Virus record (IMG/VR): IMGVR_UViG_3300036546_000248
Origin: a virus
Taxonomy: Duplodnaviria > Caudoviricetes
DNA length: 64,000 nucleotides
Strand: one strand, 5' to 3'
Shown here: positions 50,031 through 58,955 of the stretch, in pieces
Numbering within the stretch: the first letter of the stretch is position 1
Layout of the letters: each line of letters opens with the position of its first letter
Notes under the pieces: model-generated
What the model was told of the DNA's origin: nothing
The model's database searches: none
What the model saw: only the letters and a program-made list of their open reading frames with translations
Program-made: the position numbers and the translations under genes

Positions 50031-51854
50031 ATGTCATCAACATTGACACGGGGTCTTATTCTTAAGTACCCCATTGACCCAACAGCCGTCAACCCCAACA
50101 ACAAAATTGTAGGGGAGGTACACGACTTGGGTGTCGGTATCAACCGAGCCATCGTCCCTAACTACAGCGCCTTCTACAGTGAGTCGTTAGTGGTGCGGGT
50201 CGAGGACCGTGTTGATCCACTGGTGCCTAATGAGCACTACATTGCAGCACAGCTTCACGCTGACGCCACCGCCAGTTTGAACCGTGAGGTTTGTATGGCG
50301 GTTGTGATCAAGGATCAGAACGTCATGGGTAAAATCACCCTCGAATACCAAACGGTAGGGGGTGATTTCAGTGTTTCGGTTGACGCGCTACGCCGAGCAA
50401 TCGAAGACGAAGATCTGGATGAACGTACTGTCAGTTGGGGTGACATCATTGCCCGACCCAGTGCTTATCCACCTGCACCACACCTTCACGACATCGGTGA
50501 CCTTTATGGTTTCGAATACGTCGTAGAGGCTCTGGAAGCTTTGCGGGCAGCCATTCTGATTGGTGACGAAGCCACTCACGAAGAGATTCGTCAGTGGGTG
50601 CGATATGAAGACAGTCTGTTACGAGACAGCATTGCTGAAACCAATGCCAATCTCAACACCCACGTTCGCGACCAATCCAATCCACACGCGGTAACTAAAG
50701 CACAGGTGGGTTTGGGTAATGTCTTGAACTACGGGGTGGCTCAAACTGCCGACATGGTTGCAGCGACCAGCAATGCGCTGTACACCACACCAATCCGTGT
50801 TCGTGATGCTATCAACGAACACGCCATCAAACCGTTGAACGCTCACATTGCCCGTACGGATAACCCGCACGCGGTAACTAAAGCACAGGTTGGTTTGGGA
50901 TTGGTGGCCAACTACAACGTAGCATCTCAGGCCGACATGATCGCCGGTACGTCGCCTTCGTTGTACACGACACCGATTCTGGTCAAACAAGCCATCGATG
51001 AACATGCACTCAAACCACTTAATGCTCACACTGCTCGGGTGGATAACCCACATGGTGTAACCAAAGCACAAGTCGGATTGGGTAATGTCTTGAACTATGG
51101 CGTGGCTAGCGAAGCGCAGGCCCGTGCGGGCACCAGTGATTCGCTGTACATGACGGCATTGAAGACCGCACAAGCCATCAACGAACAAGCGTTGGTACCG
51201 CTCAATGCTCACACTGCTCGGGTGGATAACCCGCATGGTGTAACCAAAGCCCAGGTAGGGCTTGATAGCGTGGATAATTTCGCAACAGCAACTGAGGCAG
51301 AGGCTCGTACCGGGACGGTTAACAACCGCTTCATGACACCGTTGCGTACCGCACAAGCGATTGCTACCCAAGCACTGACGCCACTTAATGCCCACATTGC
51401 GCGAGCAGACAACCCTCACGGGGTGACTAAAGCACAGGTAGGCTTGGGTAATGTGCAGAACTACAGTGTGGCCACTCAAGCGTTGGCAGAAGGTGCGACC
51501 GATAACGGTACATATATGACACCGTTGCGTACAGGTCAGGCTATCAACAATTTGGCAGTCGTGCCTTTGAACGCACACATCAACCGCAGCGATAACCCGC
51601 ACAGTGTAACCAAAGTACAAGTGGGTCTTGGAAGCATTCCAAACTCAATTACCAACTCACGCGGTACGGACAGTAACGCTTCGTTGTTGACCGCAAAAGG
51701 GATGTTTGATCACGTGAACTCGGGTGATCACGATGGACGGTACGCTCCGAAGAACACCGCAGGCGTTGACTGTAGCGTTCATTGGAACGGATCGGGTGTG
51801 TATATCTGGGGTGGTGGTACTTGGCGACAGGTTTGGCCGGCTCAGTGGCAATGA
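50031..51854 (+). CDS. tail fibre protein with six NPH repeats
   Basis: N-terminal YPIDPT..N.I..E.H domain shared with 47464..49974; 61-aa repeats; short C-terminus GVYIWGGGTWRQVW. Confidence 0.8.
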   Translation: MSSTLTRGLILKYPIDPTAVNPNNKIVGEVHDLGVGINRAIVPNYSAFYSESLVVRVEDRVDPLVPNEHYIAAQLHADATASLNREVCMAVVIKDQNVMGKITLEYQTVGGDFSVSVDALRRAIEDEDLDERTVSWGDIIARPSAYPPAPHLHDIGDLYGFEYVVEALEALRAAILIGDEATHEEIRQWVRYEDSLLRDSIAETNANLNTHVRDQSNPHAVTKAQVGLGNVLNYGVAQTADMVAATSNALYTTPIRVRDAINEHAIKPLNAHIARTDNPHAVTKAQVGLGLVANYNVASQADMIAGTSPSLYTTPILVKQAIDEHALKPLNAHTARVDNPHGVTKAQVGLGNVLNYGVASEAQARAGTSDSLYMTALKTAQAINEQALVPLNAHTARVDNPHGVTKAQVGLDSVDNFATATEAEARTGTVNNRFMTPLRTAQAIATQALTPLNAHIARADNPHGVTKAQVGLGNVQNYSVATQALAEGATDNGTYMTPLRTGQAINNLAVVPLNAHINRSDNPHSVTKVQVGLGSIPNSITNSRGTDSNASLLTAKGMFDHVNSGDHDGRYAPKNTAGVDCSVHWNGSGVYIWGGGTWRQVWPAQWQ

Positions 51855-51872
51855 TCATGAAGTAAGTATGGG

Positions 51873-51903
51873 CGGTCGGGGCAACCCGACCGTTTATGCT
51901 GAC
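51873..51903 (+). terminator. GC hairpin followed by TTTATGCTGAC
   Basis: CGGTCGGG-GCAA-CCCGACCG at the left border of the radical SAM cluster. Confidence 0.7.
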
Positions 51904-51950
51904 AGAATTTGACAATTCTATAGTCAGCAGAACTTTGAGGACATCCCCTA

Positions 51951-52445
51951 ATGTTTAATCAAATTCCCGATCTGGTACAAGAGTACATCGACCTGTGTCT
52001 GGCCTCCGACTATGCTAAGACCGAAGAAGTGGTCCGCATGGTACCTATGCCCAACCGGGACGAGCGTGTGACGTCTGAGCGTTGCCACCTTTTGACTCAC
52101 CCTCAAACCACCATGAAGATCGAGCGCTTCGAAGACTTCTGTCCTGAAGCTCGTGCTCTATGTGATTATTTTGCTGCCTTGTACAATCACAAAGGCCCTG
52201 TGACAGCACACATCTTTAACAGCCCCAAAGACGGCTTCACTTTTGTAGAACACCTCGATCCCGACGATGTGGTGATCTATACAGTCTTTGGCACCAAGAC
52301 AATGGTAATTGATGGCAAACCCGTTCGGATTGCTGCCGGTGAACACGTCTACATGAAAGCCAACACACCTCACTACGCCACCAATGAAGAAGCTTCGGTG
52401 ATGATCAGCATTGGTCTTGAGAAATGGGTAAGGGACAAACTATGA
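51951..52445 (+). CDS. JmjC/cupin-like Fe(II)/2OG oxygenase
   Basis: F..HLD.DDV.I..V.G.K...H facial-triad pattern; GAGG RBS; stop overlaps the next ATG. Confidence 0.65.
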   Translation: MFNQIPDLVQEYIDLCLASDYAKTEEVVRMVPMPNRDERVTSERCHLLTHPQTTMKIERFEDFCPEARALCDYFAALYNHKGPVTAHIFNSPKDGFTFVEHLDPDDVVIYTVFGTKTMVIDGKPVRIAAGEHVYMKANTPHYATNEEASVMISIGLEKWVRDKL

Positions 52446-53488
52446 GCTACAAGACGCTCTACATCAAAACCACCGGCTCATGTAACCTTGATTGCAAACA
52501 CTGTTTCACCGGCGGTAAGGGTGGTGACAAAACCCATTTCAATCCCGAGAAAACAGCACAATGGGTCAAAGACTACATTGAAGCTACCCCAGATGCGGTA
52601 AACTATCACCTCGAATTGCACGGTGGGGAACCCTTCTTGGTACCGGTAGCCAAACTCAAGCAGTTTGTCGACCACTTCAAAGACAACCCCAAAATCACCA
52701 TCGGGGCCAACACCAACCTGACGTACAAGTTGACAGATGAGATCTTAGACTTCATCCAGACTTACTTGGGTAGTTCGATTGGAACCAGTTGGGACCCGTG
52801 GATTCGTTGGGCCAATGACAAACAGTACCAACTGTGGCTCAACAACATGAAACGCCTGCGGTCACTGAACGTCAGTCTCTACACGATCGTATCGGTCTCT
52901 AAGAGAATGACGGAACAGACGCCAGATTGGTTACTCGATCAATTGGCAACGACCGGGGCGACCACAGTGTCACTTGAACGTTTAACGCTCTCAGGCAACG
53001 CCGAGCGCAATCCGGACGTTTTCCCAGACAACGAAGCCCAAGACTATTGGTATTTGGAATTGGTAAAGCGGTATCGGGAACGCAAAGCGGACCTACCGTA
53101 CAACATCCGTACGTTGGATACCCTGATTGAGAAAGTCAATCTTGGGATTGTCAAGACCGATACCAACTGTCGCAACTGTGAGCAGAACTTGGTAACGATC
53201 AACTCCAACGGCACTTTGGGTGGCTGTCCTAACGTGGCCAGTGAACACAAACATGCGACCCTTGATGACTCCGTCCAAACCTTCTTGGTTTCCGATGGAC
53301 GTGTCAATGAGATCGTCAAAGAACTCAACTTCAACGACCCGTGTTACTACTGCGACGTGTTCGACATCTGCGGTGGTGACTGTCATCGTCTGCCTTGGCA
53401 GGGTGACCGGTGCGGTGGGCTTAAGCACACATTACGCTACCTGTCGGGTCGAGTTACAGACTCCAACATCATTTTGAAGGTACGTTAA
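52442..53488 (+). CDS. radical SAM/SPASM protein 1
   Basis: CNLDCKHC, HGGEPF, C-terminal CRNC..GCP..CYYC..ICGGDC; start at ATGA overlap with the cupin stop. Confidence 0.92.
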   Translation: MSYKTLYIKTTGSCNLDCKHCFTGGKGGDKTHFNPEKTAQWVKDYIEATPDAVNYHLELHGGEPFLVPVAKLKQFVDHFKDNPKITIGANTNLTYKLTDEILDFIQTYLGSSIGTSWDPWIRWANDKQYQLWLNNMKRLRSLNVSLYTIVSVSKRMTEQTPDWLLDQLATTGATTVSLERLTLSGNAERNPDVFPDNEAQDYWYLELVKRYRERKADLPYNIRTLDTLIEKVNLGIVKTDTNCRNCEQNLVTINSNGTLGGCPNVASEHKHATLDDSVQTFLVSDGRVNEIVKELNFNDPCYYCDVFDICGGDCHRLPWQGDRCGGLKHTLRYLSGRVTDSNIILKVR

Positions 53489-53489
53489 T

Positions 53490-54029
53490 ATGGCACGTAA
53501 TTTGGAAGCGGCTTGGACGGTGAACCGAGTCAACGCGCTGATTCGAGATCCGATCAACGCCAGAATTGCTTACGGCACCAACAACCCCCCACACGCCAAT
53601 ACGCCCAGTAGCTGGTTTGGGGGTACGACGGAAGGTTTGGGGGCGTTGGCGGTAGACAGTAACGTTCAAGGTACTGCCGGCGCTGCAAAGTTAAACAATA
53701 TGATCCGCAACTACACTCGGTTGTTTAATCGCATCTGTCGTAAGCGCATGATCATCTACTACAATAACAACGGTTCTTTGCAAGTATGGAGTGATGTGAC
53801 CGGTATCGGTAACTTCGCTACAGGGGTGGCCGCATCAGCAATCGCTTCCCCTGCGACAGAATTTAGCGCAGGGTCTAACATCCAAGAGGCGGCTCTTAAC
53901 AGTCATCTCAACTCGATGTATACTTCATGGTGGAACAACGCCGGCAACACCACTGTGGAAACCTTGACTTACACCGTTTGTCACACCTCGTGCCATTCGA
54001 ACTGTAACTGTAACCGTGGTCGGAGATAA
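53490..54029 (+). CDS. Asn/Ala/Gly-rich protein with C-terminal CHTSCHSNCNCNRGRR; candidate radical SAM substrate
   Basis: 179-aa ORF starting 1 nt after the rSAM1 stop; all four closely spaced Cys are in the last 16 residues. Confidence 0.7.
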   Translation: MARNLEAAWTVNRVNALIRDPINARIAYGTNNPPHANTPSSWFGGTTEGLGALAVDSNVQGTAGAAKLNNMIRNYTRLFNRICRKRMIIYYNNNGSLQVWSDVTGIGNFATGVAASAIASPATEFSAGSNIQEAALNSHLNSMYTSWWNNAGNTTVETLTYTVCHTSCHSNCNCNRGRR

Positions 54030-54033
54030 TTAG

Positions 54034-54741
54034 ATGACTACCCCTGTCGTTGTAATTGAAACAACAGCCCCGATACCCGTCGAACTACTCCGTCGTAAGT
54101 ACACCGAAAACATCCGCTTTGTGATCGACTACTCCACCAGTCGTTTCAAAGGTCGGACGCTGATTAACTTCCTCAATAACGTGGGGATTGAATGTCAGCT
54201 CAAACTCGACAACAACCAAGAATCCTTGGACTTGGTCTCGGCGTACCTCAACCATCCAGCCGTGGTAGATATCCCAGATCTTAACGACGTGGTGATGAAC
54301 CTCATGTTGGCTTTGGTTGGTGAGGAAAACTACTTGGCCTTCGAACCCGAAATGTTCCAAAAGTTCGTCGCTGATAATGAAGCCATTCTTAAAACGTGGT
54401 TTCGTCGTGTGGGCTCGATTGGACTATTTCCGTTCTATGTAAACAAAACCGTAGAGCGCAGCTTCATCGAACAGTTCCCTGTGGACGAGGATGCCTCGTT
54501 GCCTGGCTTGAGCTTTGTGCAATTGATGCGTCATCCGCTCTGGCCACTGTTGGTCAGTCACATTCCACAATCGGCATGGTGCGTTAACCCGACGTTCTTT
54601 AACGAGTACATCTTTGCTGGTATGAACTTGATGTACTACTTCTCCAATCCTGACAACCCGCTTTGTATGGCCGCCATCACCCGTGATGAAGACCTGAATG
54701 AGACGCTCTTAACAGCGCTCAATGAAGCCGGGGAGGAATAG
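54034..54741 (+). CDS. hypothetical protein in the radical SAM cluster
   Basis: tightly packed 235-aa ORF; no recognised motif. Confidence 0.8.
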   Translation: MTTPVVVIETTAPIPVELLRRKYTENIRFVIDYSTSRFKGRTLINFLNNVGIECQLKLDNNQESLDLVSAYLNHPAVVDIPDLNDVVMNLMLALVGEENYLAFEPEMFQKFVADNEAILKTWFRRVGSIGLFPFYVNKTVERSFIEQFPVDEDASLPGLSFVQLMRHPLWPLLVSHIPQSAWCVNPTFFNEYIFAGMNLMYYFSNPDNPLCMAAITRDEDLNETLLTALNEAGEE

Positions 54742-54744
54742 ACC

Positions 54745-55809
54745 ATGCTACACGTATTTGGCGACCTATACGTCGAAACTGAGTTCCGCGCCTACCCGAC
54801 CGACAACCAGATCAATATCTCGATGAACACGGGGTTTGAGAAGGTTGCGCACCCGTTCGTTGAAAACGAAGGCAAGCAGTTTGGTTGGGCATTGAGCTTG
54901 GATGAATTCAGTAGTGAGAGTTTCTACGAACTTCTACGTGCCGCCGTTGACTCTGAACGTAAGGTAATGATTTACGTTGATTCAGAAACCTATGTTCGCT
55001 TCTACGCAGCTCTTCTCAAAGCGTTGCTACCCGGCATCACCGAGGAAATGTTCAAACAGTTCTTCATCTGCATTAAGGCAACTTACGACCACTCCACCGT
55101 CAGCTTCTATGACAGTGTGATGGACCATTCGTTGGCCCTCAAGATCAATCGGGAATTGGTTGAACGTTATTGGACGTTTGAAGATCCTGAGATCGTCACT
55201 GCACTGCGCCGTCTTATCAACAGCGATCCCGACAAGATCTCTCTTGAGTGGCGAGTGATGAAGTTGTTCGGAACCGGTTACGTAGGTAAGGTGGCCAAGA
55301 CCATCCAAAACATCATGCGCCGTACGGCAATCAGTAACAGTCACGACGCCATGGAAGATTGGGGGCGGGTGATCGTCGATCCTACGCGTTGGTCGGTCTC
55401 CGGGTGTACGGCAGACGGCTTGCTTGAAGCCGACTCCACATTCCAGGCCTGTGTCAATTTTGGCAATTTGTCTGACCCCGACTTGCGTATCCCAGGGGCG
55501 ATGAAAAAGAAAGCCAGTCGAGCCTATTTGGTGGAGCTACTCACCAACATCGAGAAAGTGTTGGTGGATACTGGTGATCTTGCTTCTGCCAACCGCAGTG
55601 CCAATCTGCGCAAAGCGTTGGAGGACGAGTCTGATATGTCAGACCCAGAGAATCTCAAGCGACGCATTCGCATGTTGTTCGATGGTGGTCCCGCCACTTT
55701 CCGCCTCGCCAACCTGGATGCTGCCAAGTACAACGAGAACTTGATCCGCACCGTCATTCGTCTGCCTGAAGACCTCATCAAGGACTTGTTGAAAGGAGCC
55801 GCCTGGTGA
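54745..55809 (+). CDS. hypothetical protein in the radical SAM cluster
   Basis: 354-aa ORF with GGAGG RBS; stop overlaps the rSAM2 start. Confidence 0.8.
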   Translation: MLHVFGDLYVETEFRAYPTDNQINISMNTGFEKVAHPFVENEGKQFGWALSLDEFSSESFYELLRAAVDSERKVMIYVDSETYVRFYAALLKALLPGITEEMFKQFFICIKATYDHSTVSFYDSVMDHSLALKINRELVERYWTFEDPEIVTALRRLINSDPDKISLEWRVMKLFGTGYVGKVAKTIQNIMRRTAISNSHDAMEDWGRVIVDPTRWSVSGCTADGLLEADSTFQACVNFGNLSDPDLRIPGAMKKKASRAYLVELLTNIEKVLVDTGDLASANRSANLRKALEDESDMSDPENLKRRIRMLFDGGPATFRLANLDAAKYNENLIRTVIRLPEDLIKDLLKGAAW

Positions 55810-56804
55810 ATAACCTCATCCCTATCGTCGACGTACTAGCAGACAAAAAAGGAGAACAGAAGGAAGCTCATTTGATCCTGTTTGAGTACTGTAATCTTCG
55901 GTGTAGTTTCTGTCACCAAGACCACGACTCGAAGGTGGGGATGTCGGCCGACGCCATGTGGGAGAAGGTGTATGCATTGTTTGCAAACACCAACCCCAGT
56001 GACCCGTACGTGGTGAACATCACCGGTGGGGAGTTGTTCTTGGATGAATATCCGGACGACTACTTCGACGTTTACTACGGGATCGCACGTCGGATCTTCG
56101 AACACTACGATGACGTGGTGGTGGTTTTTGGGGCGAACTTGGTGTACGAGAACATTGAACGGGTGGTGCGGTTGCTTGAGCAGCTTAAACCACACGGTAA
56201 AGTACAGCTTGCCACCTCGTATGACCCAGCCGGCCGTTTTGACCGAGAGTCGTTCATGCTTTTCATGCACAACTTAACGCAAGTTAAGGAGTACGTAGAG
56301 ACCGTGAACGTCGTGATCACTCGACAGAACATCGAAACCATTTTGGCTGGGAGAGAAACCGCTACGCTTGACTGGTTGTGTGATAACTTCCAAGTGTTCT
56401 TCGACCACTATATCCCCAGCGCACAGTTCGAACGTATCCAGCCTTCTGAAGATCAGATTGGTAAACTTTACCTGTACCTGAACGAACATCACCCTAATTC
56501 CTATCCACTGATCAGTTGGAAAGAGAATTACCGTAACGTGACCACGTGTCGCTCTACGAAGATCGTAAACAAGGACGGGGTAGTTACAACCTGTTGGTCT
56601 GAAGCGGGTAAAGATGCAGTCTTGGATGAGCAGGCCGGATTGCTGGCGAAGAATGCGGCTGAGGAGCGTTTTCTTGAGCACTACGAGTGTTTCTCGTGTG
56701 AGTACTATCAACGGTGCGGGTTACGGTGTTTCTTGCATCACAGCTTCGTTGAGGGTACTACGAGCGAGTGTCAGATAAAAGAAATGTTCCGCAAGATCCT
56801 GTAA
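55806..56804 (+). CDS. radical SAM protein 2 with C-terminal Cys cluster
   Basis: CNLRCSFC, TGGELF, C-terminal CFSC...RCGLRC; GTG start in a GTGA overlap. Confidence 0.9.
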   Translation: MNNLIPIVDVLADKKGEQKEAHLILFEYCNLRCSFCHQDHDSKVGMSADAMWEKVYALFANTNPSDPYVVNITGGELFLDEYPDDYFDVYYGIARRIFEHYDDVVVVFGANLVYENIERVVRLLEQLKPHGKVQLATSYDPAGRFDRESFMLFMHNLTQVKEYVETVNVVITRQNIETILAGRETATLDWLCDNFQVFFDHYIPSAQFERIQPSEDQIGKLYLYLNEHHPNSYPLISWKENYRNVTTCRSTKIVNKDGVVTTCWSEAGKDAVLDEQAGLLAKNAAEERFLEHYECFSCEYYQRCGLRCFLHHSFVEGTTSECQIKEMFRKIL

Positions 56805-56806
56805 GT

Positions 56807-56858
56807 GACGGCATAACGGACCGGGGGAAACCCTGGTCCGAAATGTCTGTTATGTCCG
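56807..56858 (+). terminator. GC hairpin with GACGGCATA / TATGTCCG arms inside the cluster
   Basis: CGGACCGGGG-GAAA-CCCTGGTCCG. Confidence 0.7.
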
Positions 56859-56909
56859 ATCATTATTTACCAGCAGTCGAGATGGTATAATAAAACTTAG
56901 GAGTCTGTC

Positions 56910-58004
56910 ATGGATCTCATAATCAAAGGCACTTCAAAATGTAACTACCGTTGTACTTTCTGTAGCTCCACAGTGCTGTCCGATGACCATAACGATGTGT
57001 TGGATATTGCATACATCGATCGCTTCGTACAGCGCTTTGCAGACACGTTAAACACGGTGATTGTCAACGGTGGTGACCCGTTAATGCTTCCCGTACAGTA
57101 CTACTGGGACATTCTGGACATTCTGGCCAAATACAACTGTGAAGCCAAACTCTCGTTCACCAGTAACCTCTGGGCGTTCTATAAAAAGCCTGATCTGTGG
57201 ACCGACTTGTTTCGCCACCCACAAGTAGGTGTGATCACCTCATTCCAGTATGGTGACAAGCGCCTTAAGGGCGACCGCACACCGTTTACCGAAGCTGAGT
57301 TCTGGGCTATCTCAGATCTGTTTTTGGACCGCGTTGGTTATCGACCTGAGTTCATTGCCGTCATTGACCAAGACAATGAACACACCGTCTTGCAAACGGT
57401 TGAGTTGGCCAAAGCTATGGGGGTGGAATGTAAGATCAACCACGTCCTAGCCTCAGGACCTGAAGTCAACAAGCAGGGTGTGGTGATGGGGAGTGCAAAG
57501 AACTTCTTCACCCAAGCCGACATCTACGAACATTACATTCAGATCATCGAGGCAGGCTTAGGGGAGTGGGAGTACAACTGCAAGCAACTGACAAAGAAGT
57601 TGCGTGGCGGTCACACCACCTGCCCTTTAAGTCGTAGTTGTGATGCCGGTATACGCACACTCCAACCAGACGGCTCCTACTACAGCTGTGGCGCGTTTGG
57701 TGACGACCGCACCCATCGTATAGACTTCGATCAGGAAATGGCTTCAGCGGCCTTACAGACGCCTTTACAGGACGATCCTGACCTCGATACAATGAAGCTT
57801 GCGTGTTATGCTTGTCCGATGTTCGAAATCTGCAATGGGTGCCGCAAAACCATTGCCGACACTAAGAGGTTTGGGTTACAAGAACACCAGTGTCGCAAGA
57901 TGAAATCCCTAGCCCCCAAGATCATCGAACTCAACGGTTTGGTTGGTGTGTTAGAGCCGACCCCGTATGAAGACGAAAGTCTTGAGCTAATCTTTAAAGG
58001 ATGA
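56910..58004 (+). CDS. radical SAM/SPASM protein 3
   Basis: CNYRCTFC, NGGDPL, CPLSRSC..YSC..CYAC..EICNGC. Confidence 0.92.
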   Translation: MDLIIKGTSKCNYRCTFCSSTVLSDDHNDVLDIAYIDRFVQRFADTLNTVIVNGGDPLMLPVQYYWDILDILAKYNCEAKLSFTSNLWAFYKKPDLWTDLFRHPQVGVITSFQYGDKRLKGDRTPFTEAEFWAISDLFLDRVGYRPEFIAVIDQDNEHTVLQTVELAKAMGVECKINHVLASGPEVNKQGVVMGSAKNFFTQADIYEHYIQIIEAGLGEWEYNCKQLTKKLRGGHTTCPLSRSCDAGIRTLQPDGSYYSCGAFGDDRTHRIDFDQEMASAALQTPLQDDPDLDTMKLACYACPMFEICNGCRKTIADTKRFGLQEHQCRKMKSLAPKIIELNGLVGVLEPTPYEDESLELIFKG

Positions 58005-58007
58005 CCT

Positions 58008-58955
58008 ATGAATTCTCAAAATCCTGAACTGACGATTTCCCTGAATCCATGGTATTATTGTAACCTTGCGTGCGACTTCTGTTATCTGACACCTGAGCAG
58101 TTAAACGACAAACAAAAAATCGACCCCGACGTTTTGGCTCGGCGGTTAGATGAAGTGCTCGAAGCCGGCTATGACATCACCCACGTCGACTTGTATGGGG
58201 GTGAACCGAGCCTGTTACCCAAAGCGTATATGGATGAGTTGAAGCTCACCCTGTTCTCCCGTGGCGTGACGGACATTGTAGTCCACACCAACCTGACGGC
58301 TATTAACGACATCGTACTTGATGAAGACTATGAGTTGTCTGTCTCGTATGACTTCACCTCACGCGAGAAGCACGACCTGGTGTTCAACAACATGTTGTCA
58401 CTGGAGCGTCGGTACAACGTGTTGACCTTGGCCTCGCGTACATTACTGGATACCTTAAGTGCCGATGAGTTTGTCCGCACCTTTAACCTGTTAACTAACG
58501 CACGGTTCATCGAGATCAAACCGTACTCGACCAACCAAGCCAATCAACAAAACGTTCAGTTCGATGAATTCGAACAATTGGTTTATGGGGTAATCAACCA
58601 CCCTGATCGTTTGTTTGAGTTTGAAAACCAGCGCCTTATCGAAACAGCGTTGTCAGGTGAGCGTAACGCGTTTAGTGACGATCACTTGTATATCACCCCA
58701 AGGGGTGAGTTTGCAGTGCTGGACTTTGACCTGAATGACAATGAGTATTTCAGGCCAATGGCATCGCTTGACGAATACCACCGTTGGTGCGAAAACGAAA
58801 AGCGTAAAGTCAACACCAACAGCATCTGCAATAGCTGCCAGTTCAAAGGCCATTGTCTGTCTGAGCACCTACGAGACGTGAAGTCTTTGGAGCGCTCCTG
58901 CAATGGATTTCACAACCTACTCGTAAGGTATCAACGCGATGTTTGTTCAACATAG
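58008..58955 (+). CDS. radical SAM protein 4 with C-terminal Cys cluster
   Basis: CNLACDFC, YGGEPS, CNSCQFKGHC..SC. Confidence 0.9.
   Translation: MNSQNPELTISLNPWYYCNLACDFCYLTPEQLNDKQKIDPDVLARRLDEVLEAGYDITHVDLYGGEPSLLPKAYMDELKLTLFSRGVTDIVVHTNLTAINDIVLDEDYELSVSYDFTSREKHDLVFNNMLSLERRYNVLTLASRTLLDTLSADEFVRTFNLLTNARFIEIKPYSTNQANQQNVQFDEFEQLVYGVINHPDRLFEFENQRLIETALSGERNAFSDDHLYITPRGEFAVLDFDLNDNEYFRPMASLDEYHRWCENEKRKVNTNSICNSCQFKGHCLSEHLRDVKSLERSCNGFHNLLVRYQRDVCST

Noticed and set aside
48000-51650. regularly spaced DNA repeats as a possible CRISPR array or DGR template
   Set aside because: The repeats are 183-nt in-frame coding units with synonymous variation; there are no unique spacers, no cas genes and no reverse transcriptase or adenine-specific mismatch pattern.
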